Source: Holophagaceae bacterium UBA692 (GTDB lineage Bacteria > Acidobacteriota > Holophagae > Holophagales > Holophagaceae). Taken from it: DNA of 43,139 bases. Location: positions 15,934-59,072 of the forward strand of contig DBMS01000294.1 of the NCBI GenBank assembly GCA_002297665.1. Direction: 5' to 3'. The stretch's first letter is position 1, and every line of letters begins with the position of its first letter. This document shows positions 16,167 to 24,467 of this stretch, one piece after another. Below the pieces are notes generated by a model. It was given only the letters and a program-made list of their open reading frames with translations, had not been told where the DNA came from and searched no databases. A program made the position numbers and the translations under genes.

Positions 16167-18320
16167 ATGCGTTCCACCCTCCGAAGCGTGCCCCTGCTCC
16201 TTGCGACGGCCTGCCTCCCGGCCCAGGACGCCTGGGCTCCCGTGGCCCGGGCGGCGGCGGCGCTGCGCTCCCCGGAAAGCTACGTCCTGGTGGCCGCCCT
16301 CCCGGCCCCGGAATTCGCCTGGTTCGGGGAGGACAGCCTGGGCGCCGAGTACCGCAAGGGCCTCACCCCGCTTTCCCCTTCCGCTGAAGTGGCGGCGGTC
16401 ATGGCCCGGCTTCCGGGGGCGCCGGACTGGGCGCTCTACGCGCCGTCGGGCCTGCGCATCGCCGAAGGCAAAGGGTTGCCGGCGCCCGGCCGGGTGCGGG
16501 CCCTGATGGAGGACGACGGCTGGCGTTCCCAGTGGGACGGCCTCCGGAACCACCTGCGCGACCACCCGGGCGACTCCCAGGCCTGGCAGGAGGCCATCCA
16601 GGGGATGGCCGTCCATGCGGCGTACGCCCGCCAAGCCGGCAGCCTGGGCCCCGGGCTCCTGGGGACCTTGCGGCAGGACCTTTCGGCGGCCCTGAAAGGC
16701 TTCGAGGCCTCCCTGGGGGAGGGGGGTGAACAGCTTTCCCCCGCCGCCGTCTTCAACCTGGTCGTCGCGGGCCTTCATGAGGATCCGGAAACCGGTCCGG
16801 CGGTCATCCGGTACCTCGCCCAGGTCCGGCCGCTCCTGGCCCGGGACCCCGAGGACGTGAGGCTTTGGAACATGGGCATCAACATTCCCCAGGGTGCCGA
16901 AGCCGAACCCGGCGCCCTGGCGGCAACCCTCGCCCTCCCCGGGGTGCCGGGACGCCCCTGGCCTCCCCCCCTCGCGGCCTTCTTCCTCCGCCTGATCCAC
17001 CGGGACGCCCCCGCCGTCCTGGCCCGGGAGGCCGCCTCGATCCTGGAGGCCAACCTCGACCCCGCCCTGGTGCGCAAGCTCGGCAGGGGCCACGTGAACC
17101 GGATGTTCGTGGAGTGGGGCGGGCTCCGCCTGGAGGCGCTGCTTCGCCAAGGGCGGGTCGAGGAAGCCCTGGCCGAGGCCGCGAACCTGCGCGCCCGGAG
17201 CGGATCCGCCTGGCGCCCCCTCTCGATCCGGGTGAGGGCCGTGGCGACGGCCACCGAATCCCGGGACGGATACCCGCCCCTCCCGGTGCGGACGCCGGCC
17301 CAGACCTCCCAGCTCCTCGACGCCCTCGGCCTGCCTCCCCTGCCCGATCCCCCCTTGCCCGAGTCTCCCTCCCTTCGCCTTGCCATGCTCGGCCCCCACG
17401 GCCGGATCGACTGGGCCCGCGTGCAGATCGACGGCCGGTTCAAGGTCTGGGATCCGGGGGATGTCACCTGGACCCCCCTGACGGCCGCCGAAACCCGGGC
17501 CCTGCGGGAGGCGCACGCCTGGGAGCCGGGCCCGAGGTGGGTGCTGCTCCAGGGGGACCGCCTCCTGGCCACGGGACCGGGGCTCCCGTCCGCCGCGACC
17601 CTGGACGCGGCCCTCCGGGACCAGGCCACACCCCGCCTGGATACGCTCACCGCCTTCATCAAGGCCAACCCTGACCGCCTGGACGCCAGGCGCGAGCGCA
17701 TGGACATGCTGCGTCCGCGGCTTCCCGACCCCGCCCTGGAGGCGCTCTACCTCGCCGACGCGGAGGCCACGTGCGGGTCCCTGGAGCCCCTTCCGTTCAA
17801 GCCCGACCCCCTCACCTGGGGCCCCGCGGCCCGGCGGATCTGCGCCACCCTCGCCCGCAGGCTCCGGGCCTGGCCGGCCAATCCCTACGCCTGGAGAGCC
17901 TATGCACAGTGGTCGGCCCTGGATGGCCGGATCCCTCCGCCCCAGGACCTCCTGGAAGGCCTGGAGCCCTGGCCCCGGATGGGGGGCTACGGCCTGGCAG
18001 GCCCGGTCCCCGCCCTGACCACCTTCGGGGTGGAGCGGACCCTCGCCGCCGCGGGCCGGACCCGGGACCTGGACGGGTGGATGCGGGTCCTGTGGTCCCG
18101 GGGTCTGAGCGCGTTCCTGGCGGACTGGGCGTCGTTGCCCGCCCGGCGTGGCCGCGTCCGCAGCGACTTCGACACCCAGGCCCTGCTGGTGCCGGACCTC
18201 CTGGCCGACTGGGGCAAGGCGCTCCGGAAGACCGGCGACGCCCGGCGCCTGGCGGAGGTCCGGTTCGACCTCGAAGCGATCCGGGAGGGCCTGGGCGCCC
18301 TTCTCGGCGCAGGAGAATAG
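16167..18320 (+). CDS. Large secreted hypothetical protein with an internal repeat
   Basis: ATG after GGAGGG; signal-like MRSTLRSVPLLLATACLPA; duplicated W-x-L..G-x-GLP..L...P-[GD] module. Confidence 0.7.
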   Translation: MRSTLRSVPLLLATACLPAQDAWAPVARAAAALRSPESYVLVAALPAPEFAWFGEDSLGAEYRKGLTPLSPSAEVAAVMARLPGAPDWALYAPSGLRIAEGKGLPAPGRVRALMEDDGWRSQWDGLRNHLRDHPGDSQAWQEAIQGMAVHAAYARQAGSLGPGLLGTLRQDLSAALKGFEASLGEGGEQLSPAAVFNLVVAGLHEDPETGPAVIRYLAQVRPLLARDPEDVRLWNMGINIPQGAEAEPGALAATLALPGVPGRPWPPPLAAFFLRLIHRDAPAVLAREAASILEANLDPALVRKLGRGHVNRMFVEWGGLRLEALLRQGRVEEALAEAANLRARSGSAWRPLSIRVRAVATATESRDGYPPLPVRTPAQTSQLLDALGLPPLPDPPLPESPSLRLAMLGPHGRIDWARVQIDGRFKVWDPGDVTWTPLTAAETRALREAHAWEPGPRWVLLQGDRLLATGPGLPSAATLDAALRDQATPRLDTLTAFIKANPDRLDARRERMDMLRPRLPDPALEALYLADAEATCGSLEPLPFKPDPLTWGPAARRICATLARRLRAWPANPYAWRAYAQWSALDGRIPPPQDLLEGLEPWPRMGGYGLAGPVPALTTFGVERTLAAAGRTRDLDGWMRVLWSRGLSAFLADWASLPARRGRVRSDFDTQALLVPDLLADWGKALRKTGDARRLAEVRFDLEAIREGLGALLGAGE

Positions 18321-18344
18321 TCGACTGCGGCTGTCGGAAAAAGC

Positions 18345-18360
18345 CGTGAGCCAGATCACA
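18345..18360. promoter_or_regulatory. CRP/FNR-family-like site
   Basis: CGTGA-GCCAGA-TCACA versus TGTGA-N6-TCACA (9/10). Confidence 0.5.
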
Positions 18361-18375
18361 ATTCCGTCCGGTTTC

Positions 18376-18404
18376 TTGTTCAGCCGCAAGGGCCAAGGTA
18401 CGTT
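18376..18404 (+). promoter_or_regulatory. Possible sigma70 promoter TTGTTC-N17-TACGTT for the Fd-AOR operon
   Basis: Correct spacing; lies downstream of the CRP-like site. Confidence 0.35.
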
Positions 18405-18468
18405 GAACCGGGGCGCACGACGGCAACATGCCGTCGAAAGATGTTTGCCCCAGGGGAGTGGCCCGGGC

Positions 18469-18891
18469 ATGAGACAGCTGCGCATCGACCTGACCAAGTG
18501 CAATTACGGACGGGACTGCCATCACGAGTGCGAGTCCGATTGCGCCACCAAGGTGTTCAAGGTGGACGACCCCGCGCTGGCCGCCCTGCATATCCGCGAC
18601 CACGGCGACGGCAAGGGCACGGCCATCCTCTGCGACCAGTGCGGGGACTGCGTGGTGGTGTGCCCCGCGGAGGCCCTCAAGCGCAACCGGCTGGGCGTGG
18701 TCATGATCAACAAGAAGCTCTGCGTGGGCTGCTACATGTGCATCGGGTTCTGCGAGAAGGAAGCCTTCGAGCGCAACCCCGACTGGATCGAACCCTACAA
18801 GTGCACCTCCTGCGGGATCTGCGTGAAGGCCTGCCCCCACGCCGCCCTGGAGATCGTCGAAGTTCCCGAACCCGCCCCCCGCATCATCTGA
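18469..18891 (+). CDS. Poly-[4Fe-4S] ferredoxin-like subunit
   Basis: Four Cys clusters: CNYGRDCHHECESDC, CDQCGDCVVVCP, CVGCYMCIGFC, CTSCGICVKACP. Confidence 0.9.
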   Translation: MRQLRIDLTKCNYGRDCHHECESDCATKVFKVDDPALAALHIRDHGDGKGTAILCDQCGDCVVVCPAEALKRNRLGVVMINKKLCVGCYMCIGFCEKEAFERNPDWIEPYKCTSCGICVKACPHAALEIVEVPEPAPRII

Positions 18892-18906
18892 ACCGAGGAA
18901 CGAACG

Positions 18907-21138
18907 ATGAGCCATCCGGAATCCAGCACCCCCATCGTCCGCTGCGAGGTGGACTTCACCCAGCGCACCGAGTACCACCACGGCATGGAGGCCATCAAGG
19001 CCGCGCACAAGCTCCTGGCCGAGGCGACCTTCACCCCCACCCTCCCCGACAAGGGCTACACCAACCGCACCCTCTACGTGAACGTGGGCACCCGCGAGAT
19101 CATGGAGAAGCCCGTCACCCAGCAGATGAAGGACATCTTCCTGGGCGGAAGGGGCTTCGGCCTCTGGCACCTGTGGAACGCGGTCACCCCCGCCACCCGC
19201 TGGAACGACCCGGCCAACGAGATCATCATCAGCCCCGGCCCCGTCTCGGGCACCACGCAGTATGCGGGCAGCGGCAAGTCCCTGGTGGTGACCCTCTCCC
19301 CCCAGACCGACATCCCGATCGACTCCAACGTGGGCGGCTACTTCGGCCCCCTGCTCAAGTTCTCGGGCTTCGACGCCCTGGAGCTCCAGGGCAAGGCCGA
19401 CCAGGACGTGATCCTCTTCATCGACGGCCAGAAGGGCGTCATCCGCATCGAGGCCGCGCCCCTGGAACCCGTGGACAGCCACGTGCTGGCCGAGGTCCTC
19501 ACCCGGATGTACGCCGAGGACGACGCGGACCGCGTGAACATCTCCGTGGTGTCCACCGGCGCCGGCGCCGACCACAGCCTGATCGGCATGCTCAACTTCT
19601 CCTGGTGGGACCACCGCCGGGGCTGCGTGCGCCTCAAGCAGGCCGGCCGCGGCGGCATCGGCACCGTGTTCCGCGACAAGCGCATCCGCGCCCTCGTGTG
19701 CCGCGGCCCCGTGGTCAAGGGCGGCCTGAACAACCCCGCGGATCCCGAGACCATCGCCAGGACCGGCATCAAGTTCCACAAGGAGATGCGCGCCAACGAC
19801 GACTCCCAGTGCAAGATGCGGCGCAACGGCACCGCGCACATCGTGGAGATCATGGACGCCTACGACCTGCTGCCCACCCACAACTTCCAGTACGGCTCCC
19901 ACCCCGACACCCACCGCATCGCCTCCCCCGTGTGGCAGGCGCGCTGCACCCAGGAGACCGTGGACGGGTGCTGGTACGGGTGTTCCATGGCCTGCGCCAA
20001 GGGCGCCGACGGCCTCGTGCTCAAGACCGGGCCCTACAAGGGCCACACCGTCACCGTGGACGGTCCCGAGTACGAGAACGCCGCGGGCCTGGGCTCCAAC
20101 AGCGGCGTCTTCGACCCCGACGACCTGCTGGAACTGAACTTCTACTGCGACACGTACGGGATCTGCACCATCACCTGGGGCACGCTGACCGCCTTCGTCA
20201 TGGAGTGCTACCAGCGGGGCATCCTGAACCTGGAGCGCACCGGCGGCCTGGATCTCACCTGGGGCAACGCCGCCGCCGACCTGGAGATGATGCACCAGAT
20301 GGCCCGGGGCGAAGGGTTCGGCCTCATCGCGGGCCAGGGCATCCACAAGATGAAGGCGATCTTCGAGGCCAGGGGCTGGGGCGATCCCAAGCTCATGGCC
20401 GACATCGGCATGGAATGCAAGGGCCTGGAATACAGCCAGTACATGTCCAAGGAGTCCCTGGCCCAGCAGGGCGGCTACGCCCTCACCAACAAGGGCCCCC
20501 AGCACGACGAGGCCTGGCTGATCTTCATGGACATGGTCAACAAGCAGCTGCCCACCTTCGAGGACAAGGCCGAGGCGCTCTACTACTTCCCCCTGTTCCG
20601 CACCTGGTTCGGCCTCAACGGCTTCTGCAAGCTCCCCTGGAACGACGTGGTCCCCTCCGACAACGCCTCCACCAGCGAGCCCGCCAAGGTCCCCGAGCAC
20701 GTGCAGAACTACGTGGACGTCTTCTCCGCCACCACGGGCATCAGGATCGACAAGGACGAGCTGATCCACCAGAGCGCCAAGGTCTACAACTTCCAGCGCA
20801 TCTTCAACATCCGCATGGGCAAGGGCACGCGCTCCTTCGACATCCCGCCCTACCGTTCCGTGGGCCCGGTCACCCGGGAGGAGTACGAGTCCCGCGCCGA
20901 GCGCTACGACAAGCAGATGATGGAGGAGATCGGCGTGGATCCCGCGGGCAGGACCACCGACGAGAAGATCGCCATCACCCGGGACCACCGCATGAAGCGC
21001 TACAACAGCCTCGTGGACGCCGTCTACCTCCGGCGCGGCTGGACCCCCGACGGGGTGCCCACCCTGGCCCGCATCCAGGAACTGGGCCTGGACGCATTCC
21101 CCGAAGTGGTCGAGATCGTCAAGAACCACGGCGGCTGA
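18907..21138 (+). CDS. Aldehyde:ferredoxin oxidoreductase family tungstoenzyme (long, divergent type)
   Basis: FLGGRGFG, SPQTDIPIDSNVGG, QAGRGGIG, GPEYE, CDTYGIC, GWTPDGVPT. Confidence 0.9.
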   Translation: MSHPESSTPIVRCEVDFTQRTEYHHGMEAIKAAHKLLAEATFTPTLPDKGYTNRTLYVNVGTREIMEKPVTQQMKDIFLGGRGFGLWHLWNAVTPATRWNDPANEIIISPGPVSGTTQYAGSGKSLVVTLSPQTDIPIDSNVGGYFGPLLKFSGFDALELQGKADQDVILFIDGQKGVIRIEAAPLEPVDSHVLAEVLTRMYAEDDADRVNISVVSTGAGADHSLIGMLNFSWWDHRRGCVRLKQAGRGGIGTVFRDKRIRALVCRGPVVKGGLNNPADPETIARTGIKFHKEMRANDDSQCKMRRNGTAHIVEIMDAYDLLPTHNFQYGSHPDTHRIASPVWQARCTQETVDGCWYGCSMACAKGADGLVLKTGPYKGHTVTVDGPEYENAAGLGSNSGVFDPDDLLELNFYCDTYGICTITWGTLTAFVMECYQRGILNLERTGGLDLTWGNAAADLEMMHQMARGEGFGLIAGQGIHKMKAIFEARGWGDPKLMADIGMECKGLEYSQYMSKESLAQQGGYALTNKGPQHDEAWLIFMDMVNKQLPTFEDKAEALYYFPLFRTWFGLNGFCKLPWNDVVPSDNASTSEPAKVPEHVQNYVDVFSATTGIRIDKDELIHQSAKVYNFQRIFNIRMGKGTRSFDIPPYRSVGPVTREEYESRAERYDKQMMEEIGVDPAGRTTDEKIAITRDHRMKRYNSLVDAVYLRRGWTPDGVPTLARIQELGLDAFPEVVEIVKNHGG

Positions 21139-21140
21139 CC

Positions 21141-21338
21141 ATGATCACGGTCAACGGCGACAAGGCGGCGTGGAGCCCCGGCATGTCCGTCCAGGACGTG
21201 CTGAGGGCGAGGAACTTCAAGTTCCCGCTCCTGGTCATCAAGGTGGACGGCGCCTTGGTCCAGCCCCGGGACTACGCCGCCACCCCCGTTCCCGATGGAG
21301 CCGTGGTGGAGGTGATCCACCTCATGAGCGGCGGCTGA
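21141..21338 (+). CDS. ThiS/MoaD-family sulfur carrier
   Basis: MITVNG...VEVIHLMSGG; ubiquitin-like size; C-terminal GG. Confidence 0.88.
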   Translation: MITVNGDKAAWSPGMSVQDVLRARNFKFPLLVIKVDGALVQPRDYAATPVPDGAVVEVIHLMSGG

Positions 21339-21339
21339 C

Positions 21340-21615
21340 CTATCCCCCGCCGCGCTGGGTGTGGGCGCGGAAGCGGTCCATGAAGGCGGCTTCCTCCGCG
21401 GCCCCGAAGCCCTCGAACGCCACCTCCACCCGCAGCCGCTCCAGGGCCAGGGCTCCAAGGACCAGCCGCGGCAGCGCCGTGACCCGGATCCTCCAGGTCC
21501 GTGCCCCCGCGCCACCGCGGTAGACGTCCCCGTCCACTGCGAAGGCCCCGCCCACCGCCGCCGGCATGCAGCGCCCGAACTCGGCTGGCGACAGCGTCAT
21601 TTCCAGGATCACCAT
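21340..21615 (-). CDS. Small conserved hypothetical protein ending QRGGG (AOR-operon accessory, AorE-like?)
   Basis: 91 aa; EMTLSPAEF..LPRLVLG..FMDRFRAHTQRGGG; same strand as the aorABC-moaD operon. Confidence 0.65.
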   Translation of the reverse strand: MVILEMTLSPAEFGRCMPAAVGGAFAVDGDVYRGGAGARTWRIRVTALPRLVLGALALERLRVEVAFEGFGAAEEAAFMDRFRAHTQRGGG

Positions 21616-21859
21616 GAGGGATTATCTCCCGGAGGGAAAAACGTTCCTTCCCGGAACCGGCCCCTCCCGTCCGGATCTGGAGGTTTTTTTCTCCCGGGGG
21701 CCTTGCGGAGGGAAGGGCTTGGGGTTAAATTTCGTTTGAAGTTCTTTTTTGTTTTTTTAAATTTTCGTCAATTCGTGTTCTGCCCATTTTCCCCACCGGT
21801 AGCGACTGCCGGAATGGGGCGTCCTCAACCATTCAGACCCACAATTATGGGAATCATTC

Positions 21860-23116
21860 ATGAATATCGACCCCCTAGGGTACAACGACGTTCAAGCCGG
21901 AATCACCGCCCTGGTTGAATCCGCGCGATCCACCGCCGCCCGAAGCGTTAACGCATTGATGACCGCCACCTATTGGGAGATCGGAAGGCGGATCGTCCAT
22001 TTTGAGCAAGGTGGAAGGGAACGTGCCGCATATGGCGAAACCCTCATTAAACGTCTCGCGGCCGACCTCACCAAGCGGTTCGGTCGCGGGTTTTCGGAAC
22101 GGAACTTGGAGCAGATGCGACATTTCCACCTCCTCTGGCCAATTCCGCAGACAGTGTCTGCGGAATTGGGCGGCTCGGAATCTCCGACCATGCGGTTCCC
22201 ACTCCCCTGGTCGGCCTATGTTCGGCTCCTGTCTGTCAACGACATAGAGGCTCGAACCTTTTACGAATCCGAGGCCCTCCGGGGTGGCTGGTCGGTACGC
22301 CAACTGGATCGCCAAATTGAGAGCCGATTCTACGAACGCACCTCCCGCGCAAAAAGCAGGGCCTTCCAGTTGGACGTTGGGCCTCCGGGACCCGGTAACC
22401 CCTCGCCTCAGGAAGCCATCAAGGACCCCTTCGTTCTCGAATTCCTGAACCTGAAAGACGAATACTCCGAATCCGAACTCGAGGAGGCCCTCATCAGGCA
22501 TCTCGCCGATTTCCTTCTGGAAATGGGGGATGATTTCGCGTTTGTGGGGCGCCAGCGGAGGCTTCGCCTCGACGACACCTGGTTCCGGGTGGACCTGGTC
22601 TTCTTCCATCGAAAGCTGAAGGCCCTGGTGGTGATCGACATCAAGGGCAGCCGGTTCAGCCATGCCGATGCGGGCCAGATGCACATGTATTTGAACTACG
22701 CCCGGGAGCACTGGATGCGGGAGGGAGAGAACCCCCCCGTGGGTCTCATCCTCTGCACCGAGAAGGGCGCGGAGGAAGCTCACTACGCCCTGGACAACCT
22801 CCCCAGCACGATCCTGGCGGCCAGGTACCAGACCGAGTTGCCGGATGAGGGGCGGCTCGTGAAGGAACTTGAACGGACGAGGCTCGTTCTGGAAGCTCGG
22901 CCCAGGCCGCCGCCTTCCGGAGGCGCCAGGCGACGCCTCGCCCACCCCCCTGGCGACGCTTCATGGCTGAAGGTCAGCCTCCGCCCACGGGGGGCCAAAT
23001 GGCCAGCACGTCCCCTTCCGCCAGAACCTTTCCGGCCAGCGCCTCCGGCGCCACGAAAGAGCCGTTCACCAGCACCAGGGCGCACTGCCCCAGGGGCACG
23101 CGGAAGGCCTGGATGA
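21860..23116 (+). CDS. YhcG/DUF1016 PD-(D/E)XK nuclease-domain protein (C-terminus probably over-extended)
   Basis: YWEIGRRIV, GRGFSERNL, WSVRQLDRQI, IKDPFVLEFL, FVGRQRRL, DLVFFHRKL, GQMHMYLNY, NPPVGLILC; lower GC than neighbours. Confidence 0.88.
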   Translation: MNIDPLGYNDVQAGITALVESARSTAARSVNALMTATYWEIGRRIVHFEQGGRERAAYGETLIKRLAADLTKRFGRGFSERNLEQMRHFHLLWPIPQTVSAELGGSESPTMRFPLPWSAYVRLLSVNDIEARTFYESEALRGGWSVRQLDRQIESRFYERTSRAKSRAFQLDVGPPGPGNPSPQEAIKDPFVLEFLNLKDEYSESELEEALIRHLADFLLEMGDDFAFVGRQRRLRLDDTWFRVDLVFFHRKLKALVVIDIKGSRFSHADAGQMHMYLNYAREHWMREGENPPVGLILCTEKGAEEAHYALDNLPSTILAARYQTELPDEGRLVKELERTRLVLEARPRPPPSGGARRRLAHPPGDASWLKVSLRPRGAKWPARPLPPEPFRPAPPAPRKSRSPAPGRTAPGARGRPG

Positions 23117-23228
23117 CGCCCATCACGGTCGCCCCCGCATCCACCTCCACCTCCGCCTGATGGGACCTGCGGGCCCCGGGCGGGAGGTGGACGGCGAGGG
23201 TGGCGAAGAGCTTCAAGGTGATGTTCAT
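22974..23228 (-). CDS. MoaD/ThiS-family sulfur carrier (AorD-like)
   Basis: ITLKLFATL...LVLVNG...EGDVLAIWPPVGGG. Confidence 0.9.
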   Translation of the reverse strand: MNITLKLFATLAVHLPPGARRSHQAEVEVDAGATVMGVIQAFRVPLGQCALVLVNGSFVAPEALAGKVLAEGDVLAIWPPVGGG

Positions 23229-24466
23229 GCCTTCAGCGCGCAGGCCAGGTAGGCCTCCATGAGCAGGGCGGGGTTCCTGCGCAGGCGCTCCTTCCAGGGG
23301 CCGAGGCGCACCTTGCCTTCGATGAGGCCCCGCAGCGCTCCCAGGTGGTCCGTGCGGCCCACGGCGTTGGCGCCCACCAGGCGGTCTCCCAGGAACTCCA
23401 GCTTCAGGTAGCGGTAGCGCTCCGGGTCGGACACCTCCACGGAGTCGCCGCCGGGCAGCCCCTGCCACGCCCCGAAGGACGAGGACTTGAGGCCGAGGGT
23501 GTCCAGGACGTTGAACGGGAGGGTGCCCCGGCTCGCGGCCTGGCGCCCGGCCATGCCCAGGGCCGCGATGCGCCCCTGCTCCACGGCGTTGGGCTGGATG
23601 GCGTTCACGGAGCGCTCGCCGGTGACGACGTCCACGGATTCCGCGACGTCGCCCGCGGCGAAGATGCCGGGCACCGACGTGGCCATGCGCGCGTCCACCC
23701 GGATGCCGGACCCGACCTCCACGCCGGTGCCTTCCAGGAATCCCACGGCGGGCTTGACGCCCACGAGGCAGAGGTAGAGATCGGCCGGGAGAACCTCCCC
23801 CCCCGGCAGGTGCACGCCGAGATGGCCGTCTTCCTGGGAGATCGATTCGGGCAGGGTCTCCACGCGGATTTTCACGCCCCTGGACTCGCACCAGCTCCGG
23901 ATCATGGCGCTGGAAGCCGGGTTCATCATGCGCGAGACCATGCGTCCGCTGCGCACGAGGATCGTCAGGTCCACCCGCAGGGACACGAGCCCCTGCATGA
24001 TGATGCACCCCACGAACCCCGCGCCCATCTGCACCACGCGCGTGCCGGGCGGGGCCTTGCGCAGGAGGTCCCGGGCGTCCGCCAGGGTCCAGCAGGTGTG
24101 GACCCCGGGCAGGTCGATGCCCGGGATCCTCTGCAGGGAAGGTCTGGAACCGGTGGCCACCAGGAGGCGGTCGTAGGCCAGGATGCGGCCGTCTTCCAGG
24201 GTCACGCTCGAGGCGGCCGGATCCACGGCGCGCACCCGGCCGTGCACGACGTCGATGCCCAGCCGGGCGTAGTGGTCCTCCCGGGGACGGATGCGAAGGC
24301 CGGTTTCCTGGATCTTCCCCGCCAGCAGGTAGGGGATCGCCATGCGCGCGTAGGGGATCTCCCCTTCGCCCTCGATGAGCGTGACCGAACCCGCGGGATC
24401 GGCCCCGCGCAGGGTCTCGGCGGCGGTGACGCCTGCGGGGCCGGCGCCGATGATGACGTGGCGCAT
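23225..24466 (-). CDS. FAD/NAD-dependent oxidoreductase subunit of AOR (AorC-like)
   Basis: IIGAGPAG FAD motif, YDRLLVATGS, GAGFVG NAD motif, IFAAGDVA; lies directly downstream of aor. Confidence 0.88.
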   Translation of the reverse strand: MRHVIIGAGPAGVTAAETLRGADPAGSVTLIEGEGEIPYARMAIPYLLAGKIQETGLRIRPREDHYARLGIDVVHGRVRAVDPAASSVTLEDGRILAYDRLLVATGSRPSLQRIPGIDLPGVHTCWTLADARDLLRKAPPGTRVVQMGAGFVGCIIMQGLVSLRVDLTILVRSGRMVSRMMNPASSAMIRSWCESRGVKIRVETLPESISQEDGHLGVHLPGGEVLPADLYLCLVGVKPAVGFLEGTGVEVGSGIRVDARMATSVPGIFAAGDVAESVDVVTGERSVNAIQPNAVEQGRIAALGMAGRQAASRGTLPFNVLDTLGLKSSSFGAWQGLPGGDSVEVSDPERYRYLKLEFLGDRLVGANAVGRTDHLGALRGLIEGKVRLGPWKERLRRNPALLMEAYLACALKA

Positions 24467-24467
24467 G

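Noticed and set aside
18410-18452. c-di-GMP-I or Moco/Wco riboswitch
   Set aside because: GGGCAAAC occurs only on the wrong strand; the GACGCAAA and tetraloop-receptor elements are not seen
21127-21138. The long AOR itself ends in GG (KNHGG)
   Set aside because: Likely coincidental; no ubiquitin-like domain at its C-terminus
21700-21730. dif/Xer site (GGGGTTAAAT resembles the XerD arm)
   Set aside because: No XerC arm and several mismatches
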